From assembly GCA_964658305.1 (NCBI GenBank), contig OZ210885.1, positions 18,104,001-18,168,000 on the forward strand: a stretch of DNA of 64,000 nucleotides, in the 5' to 3' direction. Source of the stretch: Leptogorgia sarmentosa. Taxonomy: Eukaryota. Shown here piece by piece: positions 25,501-38,475 of this stretch; position 1 is the stretch's first letter, and every line of letters starts with the position of its first letter. The notes beneath the pieces are model-generated. The model saw nothing but the letters and a program-made list of their open reading frames with translations, was not told where the DNA came from and searched no databases. Both the position numbers and the translations under genes were made by a program.

Positions 25501-26576
25501 TAAACACAAAATGTAACAACTAAAAAACAAATATAATTGAGGTACAAACATTCAGTAGAAAGGTAAAAGGGACTTCCAAATTATATTTGCAACCAGACCA
25601 TCGATCGGTTTAGGCAGCTGTTCATTTATACGACACACGCCGAATATTCACTGGCTTCTCCCTACAAAATCTACGTACCTAACAAACCTCTTCAAAGTTC
25701 ATACAGGGCCTCTTAATACATAGGGTATGTACGAAGAAGTGATCAACTAACGAGCTAACAGGTTCGCTAATCTAACGAACAGTGAACGCAGTATTTGTGA
25801 AAAAATCAGTCAGTCCAAGAGGTCTCTCGGGTACATCTAGCACTAAAATTAATTTGAAACCTTAAAAACGATGTGCATCCTAAAGACTACAGAAATGGAT
25901 TGCGCAGAATCTTTGGGTTGGGTTTAGGTCCACTTTAGGATTTTTAGTGTTTTCCAACCTACCCTTGCACTGTTAACTTCATAGCCATCCAGGTGATCTC
26001 AATACATGGAAAAGGACTGGGACTAGCTGTCAGATAGAAATCCATTTTTCGATTGAAACAACTGAATATCTCCCATAGTATACTTTATTTCGATTCCATA
26101 TTTTTGTCAGAGCTATATTTCTCAGAATCAAACATAGTTACAAAATTTCAACTTGTTTCCAGAATAACGAAAGATATAATTGAGTGAATATAGCAGAATG
26201 GATTTCTATTTGGACAACCCTTTCTGAGCGCTGATTGGCTAAAACATGAATATGGTGGCTTAGAGTTGCCATAGGGAATTTCACGTTTTTTTCATTTTTT
26301 GTAATAAGAAATAAACGTAAATTATAAAAAAAATGAAAAATAAATACAAATTTATAAATAATAAAAAAAAATATTTAAAACAAAATAAAACATTTATCGA
26401 AATTAAACTGATTTTAAAGCAAACTCAAAAGAAATTGATTTGAAATCAAAACTGAAATAAAAAAAAACTTGTCGCTGGCCTATCGTTGCCATAGACCAGG
26501 ATGCATTGCAGCCTTTTTGCACCATGCGGCCTGCAGGATTTGTCAACATGGCGACGTTTACATATTCCGCGTAATC

Positions 26577-28022
26577 ATGTCTGACTGGCGAAAGTTTCAA
26601 CAGAAGATGAAAGAAAAAAGACTTAAGAAGGGTACAAAAGAAGCAGCGTGTTCAAAGAAAGAATTTGAGACGATCGTAGTGCAGCGGCTGAGCGCCGAAG
26701 TGAGCGGTAAGGCTCAAAAGTATTCTCGGGTTGGTGCTAGAGAGTTCGTGTCGTTCGAGGAATACGGAGAGCTGACGATACAAAACATCAAAAACGCATG
26801 TATGAAGCACTTTGGTATAACTGATGGGAAAATGACCTGTGACGTTCTAGCAGGAGAGCAAGGTCCATCATGTGCCTCCGTGAAACAAATACCTAGTTTC
26901 AAAGTTATCCACATGCGATTTGTTGATGAAGAAGCGGTTGTTGTTGTTGAAGACTTATCTGCTGCTGAACGTTGCCCTACTGATTCTGAACCTCCGTCGA
27001 AAAGGAGAAAACCCCAACAACAAGGGAGTCAGAGTTATTTAACAAGTCATACTGCTCATACATCCCATGAGGTTGAATCTGGTGCAAGTCCTAGCAAGTT
27101 TGTACCAAGAAGCCTTTCTGTTCTGGACATGATGAAACTTGGAAAGGTCATAAGTAAGAAAGCAACATCTGTGGAAATATACACATTTGACATGAAATGT
27201 ATGTCCTGGTCAGAAACTCCCATAATGGTGGAATTCACCATAGAACCAGAACCTTTTGGCGTTGGAGGATTCAGGAAAGCTTTTAGAGCCACCAGTTCTC
27301 ACAAGAATTTTAGAAGTTTCACATGGGTAATAAAAAAGTATTTACCAAAGGTATACTTTATTAGTAAAAAAACTTTTAAAATTAGTGAAATATTATTACT
27401 GTATATATTGTTATATATGGAGATTATTACAATTATTATAAATATTATATTAATTACTATTTAATATTTATTTAATATTATTATTTATATAGGCTATATC
27501 TGATATTGAATTAATTGGCCAAACAGTAGAAGAGCACACAAAAAAAGTAGTGCAGATGCACTATTTAGCTAGAAACTTTACAGCTAAAATGAAAGAAGAA
27601 TTGGTTGCAAATGAAAAGGAAGCCCTGTTTGGTGAATGTTTACATTACAAGAAAATTTTCCTTGGGAACATTGGTGATGATAGTCATGTCACAATAGAGG
27701 AGTTAGTAGATGGTGTGTTTGTAAAGTATATTAATAACAATGGAGAGGTCTGTGGAGGGGATGTTGAGCTTACTGCAAAAGCTGAATGTCTTGCACACTT
27801 CTCATATGAAAGATCTCACAAAGAAGTTATGGTACTTGACATCCAAGGCTGTGAGTATGATCTCTTCGACCCTGAAATTGCTTCTAAGCAAGTATGTCTG
27901 AGGATGATTCATCATATTTGTTTTGCACAGGCAATTTATCAATTACTGCGATAAATGGTTTTATTGACCAACATAGGTGCAACTTGTATTGTGAACTTTT
28001 TAACTTGCCTGAACTACAGTAA
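26577..28022 (+). pseudogene. Alpha-kinase (eEF2K/MHCK/TRPM7-type) cargo gene, 2 exons, one apparent frameshift
   Basis: Exon 1 26577-27350, GT-AG intron 27351-27492. Motifs FGVGGFRKAF, WVIKKY, VQMHYLAR, IEELVDGVFVKYINNNG, AHFSY, VLDIQG, FDPEIAS, then (shift at ~27895) FCTGNL and HRCNLYC. Confidence 0.9.
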
Positions 28023-28243
28023 CTCTGCAAATGAGTCATGTGTTTCATATTATATATTTATAGTTTGTTTTGATCATTTGAGGCTCTGTATTTTTGTAGT
28101 TAAAGCTAATTTTGAATAGTGCGAATTGTTAAATGCACTATTGATTTTTGTAAATTAACACTATTTAACAGACTGTTTTTGTTAACCCTAGTTGTCTAGT
28201 GGTGATGTAATATGACAATACTCTGTGACACACAATCACATAA

Positions 28244-30280
28244 TCAATCATTTAAATCTATGTTCTCCTTGAGGTAACGAAATGCATTGGCAATATCACT
28301 AAAATCAAGTTCCAGTGGATCTTCAATAACTAATTGGCACTTTGCCCTGAATTCAGCTGGCAAATAATCCTCATTACCAGATAACACATCTGATAGTTCA
28401 CCAACTTCTTCTAGCTGTTCTTCTGTAACCACAAATCCTGTGGATGAAAGATACCATATTAACTTAAACATGAGGGGGGGGGGGGGTACATTACTACAAC
28501 TTAAAAACAGTCAGTAGACTGTCAAGCAAGACTACTTAGGTCTTAGACTAGTGATTGCAGACTCCAGCTTCCATGGTGGATGGGCAATGCACATGACTGC
28601 ACTTGAACACCACACAACATTGCACTTGAGCACACCCCCCCCCCCCTACACGATCTTGATACATCCATCCCTGATTACATATGCTGCATGATAGCATAAT
28701 TGTAATTACATACCACATTCCTCTAGTCCATATTTTTCAGCAAAGCTATAAATATGATTGGGTACCCCATCAGGAAGATAGGTATTCTTTTACTCACGGA
28801 TTCTCTGAGAATTCCAGACAACATCCACAAAAGTATCAATTTCTTTTTGGATTATTGGTATCATGATATATGCGAGGAGCAACCTAACAGGAAAGTATAC
28901 ATAAAGAAATGTTATGATATGTTCAATACATTTGGCCATTGGGTCACTCCAGAAAAGATCTACCCTCCCCCCACAGATAAATTTGTTTGTAATCACAGTA
29001 AGTGTATTAGGACATCCAAACGGTGATGTTACTTTCCAATTTCCAACATGGGAGAGATATGGATGTTTTCTGGAATGAACCATCATAATAATTTATTCAA
29101 CAGTGTCATACTGTACAATTCTATAAATTATAGCAAAATGAAAACATATTCACCTATGATTGTCATCTTGTGGATCATAATGTCCATGGTCTTTGAGCTG
29201 ATTAAGTGGGAACTTGAAGAATTTTTCAAGTCTTTCATGAAGTTCCCTCCACCACCTTTCAATCTTTAAATCAAAGAATGTTACATATGTTGAGCAATTT
29301 GGTGCAACTTAAAGTAAAAATGATTAATCTTGTAAATATAATGAACATTACACCTCTCTAACAAGCCCCACATTTTAATTTAAGAGGAAGAAATGTATTA
29401 GGCCCTACTTTCTAGTATTAATCCATCCTCTATGGTCTACATAATTACACATGTGGATGTAATGTATACACACTATTACAGTAATAACAGTGTATCAGTG
29501 TATGATATTGGCCAGTATTGATAGTCTTACCTGATTTGCAGTAGAAGGTCCAAAGATAACAGTTTCCATAGGATCCATGTCACCATGGTGTTGTCGAAGA
29601 AATGCATGTATCGTACACATTTCGCCAGTCTCGGTACCTCTCTCAAGTCGTAGTTTGCAGGCAATAGTTCTGTTCTTATATAAGTATTCAAGGTAGAATC
29701 TGCCTATAACATTTGGATCGCTGTTAGTCATCCAAGCCTTGACCCATAGTACTTTCCTACTGCATGTATCAATGCAGCCATACACTGCAAGGGGGAAAGT
29801 GCTATTTTGGTAGCCCATAAGTTTGTCGTGACCATCTAGTGAATGGACAAAGTTAGGACCAGGAGACGAGAAATGGCCTTTAGGCTTCTTCTTCTTGCAT
29901 TGTGGAGCTCTCTGCTGTAGAACATCTGGATAAGCATCATACATCACAGCGTGTACTAGGTCTCGAGGAACTTTGAGGTCATAAACTTGTCGAATCTTCT
30001 TATGTAAGGCTCGATACCCCAGCAGCTTTCCTGGGCCTTCCATCTCCTTTTTAACTGCTGTTTGAAGCTGGTTGATCGTGACATTCTGGTCAATGTGACG
30101 TATATTGAAATACTGCAACCTTCTATCTAGTGTTCTTATACTCCAAGCATAATCTGGAAAATCTCGAGACAGAAAGTCAAGAATCTCCTCGCGTCGGAGA
30201 CCTTCTTTAACATACTGGTTCAAGATTTTCTCCAAATCTTCGTCTTCCTTCCAACTATCATTCCTGATTCTCGACGCCAT
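28244..30280 (-). pseudogene. IS3EU transposase, 4 exons, premature stop
   Basis: HSLDGHDKLMGY..YGCIDTCSRKVLW, RLERGTE, STANQ|IERWW, WNSQRIR*. Exons ~30280-29531, 29264-29154, 28885-28713 and 28439-28244. Confidence 0.88.
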
Positions 30281-30984
30281 TTTGGAATTTGGCCACGTTC
30301 CGGTGCAGTACTTCGTTTTACAAGGACATAATGATTCAGACCTATGGCAGCGATAGGCCAGCGACAAGTTTTTTTTTATTTCAGTTTTGATTTCAAATCA
30401 ATTTCTTTTGAGTTTGCTTTAAAATTAGTTTAATTTCGATAAATGTTTTATTTTGTTTTAAATATTTTTTTTTATTATTTATAAATTTGTATTTATTTTT
30501 CATTTTTTTTACAATTTACGTTTATTTCTTATTACAAAAAATGAAAAAAACGTGAAATTCCCTATGGCAACTCTAGGCCACCATACATAAACACGAGATC
30601 ACCTGGATTAAATGTGCTGTAGTCTTGACATTTTTTTTTCAACCTGCTTTTATTTTCGCGGCAAAAAATTGTGAGGTTTCAGTTCAGTCAGTCATTTTCG
30701 TTCTATGTTAATAGATTGTTTCAAAAGCTTGCATGATGATTTTTTAAATTTCAAAAATTTTATCGACACACAAATTGTTGATTTCTAAGTGGCACGTGAT
30801 TTAAAATTAGAAATATTTACAAATAATGACCTTACGAATGTGACGGGAGAGTAACGGCATTGCGTGAGCAACAAAGCAAACACAAAACAATTTCTCACTG
30901 TAATCACATTCTGCTGCGAGCTATGATCAGTAACAAGATATTTAGGGGGAAATAAAGTATGAGCGCGTATGAGCATTAGATTAA

Positions 30985-31403
30985 CTGAACACCTGCGGCC
31001 GAGGCAAAGCCAAGGGAAACATCGACGGTCGAGGGTCCACAAAACACACTGGTTTTCCGAGGGCCCAGTCAGTAAGTGTTTTATTATATACCAATCGTCA
31101 AAGAAACGACAAAATAAAGCAGAACAAGTGAACAAAAATACACATAATATTTTATTCTTAATATGTTAAATTAAATTAAAGCATTAGGTGAAAAAGTGCA
31201 CAAAAATTCGCGAACTTTTCATGTCGTCCGAAGGTCGCGTCTTCATGCGCACGTGATTTTTTTTTGTTGTTCACCGATGAATAACGTATTATCTCCCTCT
31301 CTTGCTGATACGAGAGAGAGTCTAATTTCGTCACTTTCATGTGATACGCTCTCCACCAATGAAACACAAGAAAAGGGAAACTTTGACGATTGGTATATAA
31401 TAA
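30985..31403. repeat. Nested palindromic non-coding repeat (Crypton-like non-autonomous element, tentative)
   Basis: TTATTATATACCAATCGTCAAAG (31081) and its reverse complement (31381-31403); GGCCGAGGCAAAGCC motif upstream. Confidence 0.4.
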
Positions 31404-31672
31404 TGTTGTTTATGTTGTGTTGAATGCTGGGTGTACTTCATGTTAGCATTAATTACCCGATTATTTCCTGTGTATGGAACAATACCTCTCTCCTCCGCAG
31501 AGGTTTCTATTTTCCCATGAATTCCTTAATTTCCCCGTAAATTCCTTAATTTCCCCGTAATTTTCCGTATCATATGTGAGAAACCGCTGGCGAACTTTTT
31601 TGTGGGCGGAGGGGAAAATGAAGGAAAATTGAAAGGAAACCTCTGCCAACTTTCTAAACAACATGGCGGCAA

Positions 31673-34124
31673 ACCGGGGGGTTATGTTCACTTTATGCAC
31701 ACCGCAATGACAGCATATGATCGGATATGAATATGATACTACAATCGAAAAGGGGCAATGGCACTCAAGCACATCAATTTGAGCGATGATATCTTTGTCA
31801 GAAACTATCTTCTGGCACTGCAAACAGGAAAAACTCTTTGCCCAAATTGTGATAATGAAAAGGCAGAACTGTCGCACCACTACAGGATGGCGGCTCATAA
31901 ATCGCATGCCTACACTGAGTCTACGTTAAAAGAAGGAATATTACTACTTACAGAGGCGGCTGTATCTGAAACTTTAACCAATTTGTTGAGGTTGTCGGAC
32001 CAAAGGAAACAAATGGTGAGTATTTTTCCTGTTTTACAGTATCATCAGCAGTATCAATAAGTCTTTCTTTTTCTACAAATGTAACCAAGACTGCACTCGA
32101 TTTACATTTTCGAAATTCGTTGTTTATATAAAGAAAACAAGGCAAATTCGTACAAATGAAGCCATACTCAGAATTACATGGGTTACACGTATGACGTGTT
32201 TTTTTAGCACTAAACTGGAACACATGCTTTTTCTCAATTGAATGTTTATATAGTCATATTTTATTATGTTGTAGAAACAACAAAATTGCAATGAATATAC
32301 AGTAGAAGGAAAAGGGGAACATATAGATCTTGTCTGCAGCAGTGACAAAGAGGCTGCAAAGTTTTTTGGTCTTTATATGAATCATAAAGGATCACTGCCC
32401 CAACTGGTTGATGGTGAAAAAGGGCTGCTTGTCAAAGTAGCTAACTCCTCAATATCTTACGATTATGAATCATGGCGTAATCAAAGGAAAATATATGCTG
32501 AATGCAAGTTTGTGAAATCTGTACGTATTTCAGTTTTTATGTCTGTGATACTAATATTTATTATTCATGTATTTACAGACCTTTAGCACCTCAATTGGAA
32601 TGATGGTTGGTATGGGAATGTGGGTGGGGCCTTCCTTACATTGTGCAATCCATGTTTCCCCAAAGTATTATTTTGACTAATGTAGCATTTTGCAAAGTTT
32701 GTGTTATCTTAGTAAACACACAAAAATTGCTTCTTATAAATATTTATTCATTATTTCAATTTTATAATTACTGTTAGTAACAACAAGTAATAATAAAAAT
32801 GTTTGTGTATACTTTCAATCACAGTGCATTGTTGTCAATCTGTTATCATTATTGCACAGTAGTTTTTAAAATACTGTTCCTACATCAATTAAAATATACA
32901 CATATACTATATAACTTCCATATACAGGTAGTGTTATAAAAATAATAATAATAATCTTGCATTAAATCTTTCATCTATTTCATTTAGAAAATGTCAATAA
33001 CTTCCATACCATCTGCATTAATTTTGGATCCACAATTAGAGACACCCACATGGAATAGGTTGCCAGATTTAGAAAAGGAGTTGTTTATCTTACATGAAGT
33101 GTATAGTTATATGGAGCTTTTAGAGAGGGACAGCTAGAAGCTGTACAAATGTGTTAATCAAGGAAAAGACACACTAGCTTTAATACCTACTGGTGGTGGT
33201 AAGAGCATAATTTATGTTGTATCAGCATTGTTGATGCAAGGTCTGACTATTGTGGTGGAGCCCTTGAAATGCATTATGGAGGAGCAAGCACAAAAGTTAA
33301 GGCAGAAACAAATACCAGCTTTTTTCTTTAACTCCTCTCTCACTGAAAAGGAGATGGATTTTACAGTCAACCAACTCTGTCATCCAGAACTTACTATGGC
33401 CATGTTATTTACCAGTCCTGAATGTATAATGTCAGCAAAATTGCAAAAGGTATTGGATAAATGGAATGACAGAAGAATGCTTAGTTTAATAGCTGTTGAC
33501 GAAGCCCATTGTATTGATAATTGGGGAATTGGGTTCAGGCCAAACTATCTCAAGTTAGGAAGTTTGAAAAGGTTTCGAGTTCCATTAATTGCTCTAACCG
33601 GAACTGCAACAGCAAGAAATCAAAACAAGATAATCAGCACCCTGAATATGGATAGCCCATTGGTAGTAAAAACTAGCAATTCAAGAATAAATCTCCACCT
33701 GCAAGTGATGCAAAAGGTAAATAAGCCCAAAGGGCAGATTGCTGATTTCATAAACACAAACTGTCAAGGGCAACAAGGCATTGTCTACTGTGCAAGAAGA
33801 AAAGATACTGTAGATCTAGCATGTGAGTTGAAGCAAGCAAACAGAGCCATATTTGTTCATGGTGACCTGAAGGAGTCTGATAGGAAAAGAAATATTCATG
33901 CTTGGACAACCAGACATACTGATGTTATGTGTGCTACAAAATCATTCGGTATGGGTGTGGACGAAAAAGGTGTAAGGTTTGTAATTCATATGACATTTCC
34001 TGAAAGTATACAAGACTATGTTCAAGAAATTGGTAGGGCAGGAAGAGACAGTCAGTCAGCACTATGTACAGTTTTTTTTAGACATGAAGATCGATCTTAT
34101 CACCTGCTAGGCTGCTACGTTTAA
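31673..34124 (+). pseudogene. RecQ-family SF2 helicase of AcademH (spliced N-terminus, 3'-truncated)
   Basis: PTGGGKS (~33186), VAVDEAHC-type motif (IAVDEAHC), WGIGFRPNY, ALTGTA, GIVYC, ATKSFGMGVD, QEIGRAGRD. Frameshifts at ~33120-33160. Confidence 0.88.
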
Positions 34125-35740
34125 TTTAGGTCTCTCAAGTACTTTTTTGACCAAATAGTGGAACCCTCCTTGGCCTTGCTCCTTGAAACAAGCCTCTGCC
34201 AGGTACCCCTTGGTGTGCAAATCTCCAGGTATTATGCCAATCCATTCATATCCAGATGACCTACTCATAACACCCCACCCTAACATCACCTACGACTCCA
34301 GTAAGGAAACCTGGTGTCTCTCTATTTATAACTTCAACATCTTCATCACTTTTTTCAGATGAGTGGCCTTCTTCTACCTTGTAACTGGGGTCGTATTTAG
34401 AAATGTCACCATCTTCATCGTCAGATTGACACGTGCTAAACATTTCGCATATTTCAGTTGGTTCTAACCTTTTTGCCATTTCAATAGGGCTGGGTACATT
34501 TGTGAACAAGGGCCCTCTCACACAAGCTCTATTCTTAACCAGAATATTACAAACTTCCTTGTTTTTAGAAATTACTGCAATTATTAGCGGTGTAGCACCA
34601 CACTTCTCTCTAATGTTCGGATTAAATCCAATGGAAAAAAAACACTCCACAATATCAGTATGACCTTCTTCTACAGCAGGGTGTAAAAGGGAACGGCCAA
34701 GGTGGTCGTTTGTATCTTTAATGTTATCATTTTCTGAAAGCTCTTTGATCAGTGCTTCCAACGTATCAGACTGAATAGCATTTTGAATTATTTGTTTCAA
34801 AGAATTGTACATATTAGACATTTCCTGATCTTCATTCTGAAATACGTTTTGTACCATTGTTACAGTAGTTTCTGGTATAAGACAGGAAGCATTTTCTAAA
34901 TGAGGACCATCATTACCCAGTTGAAAATCATTCTGATCTTCACTGTCATGATCCTGATCAGTGTCACTGTTGTCTTCATCCTCTCTTTGGTCACACTCCA
35001 TACCACAATCACTTTGATCTTCACTTTCAGTTACAAGTGATTCAAATCGTTTTCCCTCATCTTTATGAATGTTCATCATCATAATAAATTCACAATGCTC
35101 TCTTGCTTTCTGTAGACAGAATGTGTTAGAAACACTGTGAAAGGGAATTCCTTCTCCAATTTTAGAACCAAATGGGAGACTAAATTCTTTCCCAAACTGT
35201 TCCATAATGGCAGCTGTTCCAAATAGTGTACTGTTATTTTCTAATGATATTGGCAACACAGCTGTCATGAGACTGGTGGCATTTTCCTGGTACATTGTCG
35301 TTTGGTATACATAATTTAAATTTACTAGACTGCTTCTTGTATTCTTTTGTCGACAAGAAAACATTTGATTCATGGTCTGACATGTCTTTTAGACATTTTC
35401 CACTTAAAAGATTTAAACCATCATTCAGCAGTTTAATCATATATTTATCTTGGTGTGCATTCCAGATTTTAAGATTATTCTTATTGTTTTCCAACATTAT
35501 GTCTTCAGCTTTTAAATCTAAAGTATCTCGTTGAGATTGTGTTGATGTTTCTTTGCATGTAAATAAGTCATGAATGTCATCAATATTTGGAATCAAAAGT
35601 CCTCTTGCAGTAAAATTCCACATGTTTTTTCCATAGAGCTTGAACAATCTATGATGGCGTTTATTACTTTGATAGATGTTTATGTTATCAATTAATAAAA
35701 ACAGAGGTAAATCTGCCGGTAAACTGTCAGTATACCTTTT

Positions 35741-37195
35741 TAGTGCAAAGTTTCAAAGAAACTTTGCAGTATTGTGATGAGTGGGGAAGATTCACATCAG
35801 CCATTGAGTCATTGAGTCGTCGAGTCATCGAGTCATAGTGTAAAGTCCGGGGGGTGCGTTCCAAATTCTCCTGATGTGCTAAACTCCGTAGTTGACTGAT
35901 ATCCTTGAAATGTTTGAACAAAAATGATTCGATTGCAGTTATATATCATTGCTCATCATTATTTGCAGTTGTTCTCATTGATATGAAAGCTTGTTAGATG
36001 TGAAATGTGATCAAAGAAGCGCAGAAATACTATGAGAAATACAGTACACAATGGCGGCCGCCCCTCTGGAATTTCAGTTTTTGCAAAAATTGCAACTCAG
36101 CACTTCTGGGGAATGAAATTACACAATATGGCGGACGCTAAGAGTGGGGCCGTAAATCAGTGATTCAGTATGATGATAATATAATGTGGCCAACATGTCT
36201 TAATACGTTGGTAAAGCAGGTAAAATGTTCTTTATATATCAGCAATGAATCTAGAGATTTGAATTTATTATCATTATCAGTAGAAAACTTGTATTTGTCA
36301 TGGACAATTTAAAATAGCTACTCAGTGCTGATAACAGCCGCCGTGCGTATTCATATTAAAAATTTAGTTGGCCGACATTGCCATCGCAATTCGTAAATAG
36401 CGGGCAAACTCAGATGTGTAACACAGTAGAACTCGTCACAACAAGATAGCCATAATTTTAAATCGGTTGATAATAGGCAAGATATTTGTGAGCTTTCGCA
36501 ATATAGCTTTCGTGTTTGTTTTCGCTGTCTTTGACTCTTCGTCGCCTCGCGGTATTGCCATTCATTTACTAATGTACTCCTGATGCAAAAGAATAATTTA
36601 CTACAATTAAACTCAGCCAGTTGCTCCTTGTTGCTTTGTAATGCGACAATATGACTCTACAACACTGGTCGACGGCATCACTAAGCTTGCGCTGTTTATT
36701 TACCTGACATACCGGGGATTTACAGAATTTTCGATACTAAAAGAACTAAACCACATATAGGCATACAAAAGTAAATTTAACGTTGGCCTGATACTGTGAA
36801 TAAACTGGATATTTTATTACGACGCAGAAGTAGCGTGCCACTTTGTGATTTAACTCATCTAAGATCATTTGTTCAGTACGATGTGTATATAATTTCAAAA
36901 AGGTCAGAGGTCAGAGATTTATCTGATTTTCTTTTAACACGCGCGCTGCTGCGATTGCCAGTTGCTTCCTGACAATAAAATAGTGATTATTTTCTCGTAT
37001 CACGTCAACAATGTTTCCTTAGTTTTCTTTTAAAAAATAGGATTCTAATGTCTTCTAAGGCCTAGGTCAAACGTCAAACTTTTCATGTGCCGAAGCTAAT
37101 GTTAATGAGCCAAGTTCTTTGTTTGAGGTCATTTGCATTAGGTTCGGCACATAAAAAGTTCGACGTTTGACCTAGGCCTTAGAAACTTTGCACTA
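35741..37195. mobile_element. 1.45-kb non-autonomous TIR element inside the Academ transposase
   Basis: TAGTGCAAAGTTTC ... GAAACTTTGCACTA. Transposase coding sequence resumes on both sides. No clear TSD. Confidence 0.7.
37058..37179. mobile_element. Harbinger-like palindromic MITE
   Basis: AGGCCTAGGTCAAACGTC...GACGTTTGACCTAGGCCT; almost entirely self-complementary. Confidence 0.7.
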
Positions 37196-38475
37196 TCCTT
37201 GGATCCCTAGTCTTTTGTTCAAGTTGCTTGTCTAGGAATCGTATCAGTGTATTCCAGTGAATGGTTAAGCCAATCTTATCTAGGACATTCACCATTCGAC
37301 AGCCAGCCCCATATGACACGAGCATTAACGTAAACAATAACTGAATATCATTTGGGCATTGCTTACTTTTAAGGCTTCTAAGCAATGATAGAGCATGAAC
37401 CACACCCTTTTGTTTTCGGTCAGATGCATCTTTTGTTGGAAAGAGAGTGTGCATTATCTGTTAGGAAACGAAAATCCCTTTCAAAGTTAAGTTTTAAATT
37501 AGTAAAAACATCATTACTTAAATTTGCATTCATTCTATTAACTAACGAAGAAAGTTTACCAAACTCATCTGCCAAAATGAATTTGTCACCAGCGGTCATT
37601 TTATTACACTCTTCTCTCTGTGTTAGCAAAGAAAGCTCCCTTTCATAAATAGAGTCAATGACATTTGTTAATGTAGAAACAGATTGAATTTCACCATTGT
37701 GAAGTTTTACCAAAGCTTTCAAATAATCCTGATTACATGGCTTTTTGTCAAGCTCACATAAAATTTCGTCCATTGTACTTTTAGCCTTAGATTGATGAAG
37801 AAGAATTTCTTGTTGTAACTTGACTATTTCACAATTTGTACCTTCAGCAGCTGATGAATCAGATTCAGTGGAGTCTGTTAGAAATTAGAATTGCCTTCCG
37901 AACATTCTTGTACTCTTGCTTATTTTTGACCAGCTTTGCAGATGAAAATGATCTTTTCACAGCTCTTGTTGCCAGGCTTGCATTGTCTGTATTTAGAATA
38001 GACATCACTTCCTGGCGACTGATTGTTCTCCCAGGACTTTCCACAAAGCTATCCTTGACTAAGTTGTCCACAACCTCTTGTCGTGATTTGCATTCTAATC
38101 CTGATCATTTTTTCTGTGGTTGAAACCTCTTTGGATTAGGTTCATCAATATATTTTGATGGAGTTCGTTGTTGCTTTTTAGAACCTGGTAGATCATCTTA
38201 ACAAATACAAGACAAGAAACAATGTTAGCACATTTTCAAAGTAATTATATTCTACCACACAGCATCTAGTTATATGAATTTCAAATGAATAAATCTCAAA
38301 TAGAGTACCTAACTCAATGATTAAGGACTGAAACTTGGGAAGTTAAAGAACATTGTTACAACAAGGAAAATATAAATCCTACCTCATAGTAATGAGAATT
38401 GTACTAAGGGTGTACTTTGTTAGGACTTTGTCTAAATTACTTTAAGTCGTGTATATATATATATATATATATATA

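Larger units (their letters stand above)
26251..30585 (-). mobile_element. IS3EU DNA transposon carrying an alpha-kinase gene
   Basis: Termini TATGGTGGC...GCCACCATA with about 245-bp TIRs; flanks CATGAA / CATAAA (6-bp TSD, 1 mismatch); two convergent spliced genes. Confidence 0.9.

Noticed and set aside
33228..34124. Host RecQ/BLM/WRN gene
   Set aside because: It lies inside TIRs with a 9-bp TSD, faces an Academ transposase, and is truncated.
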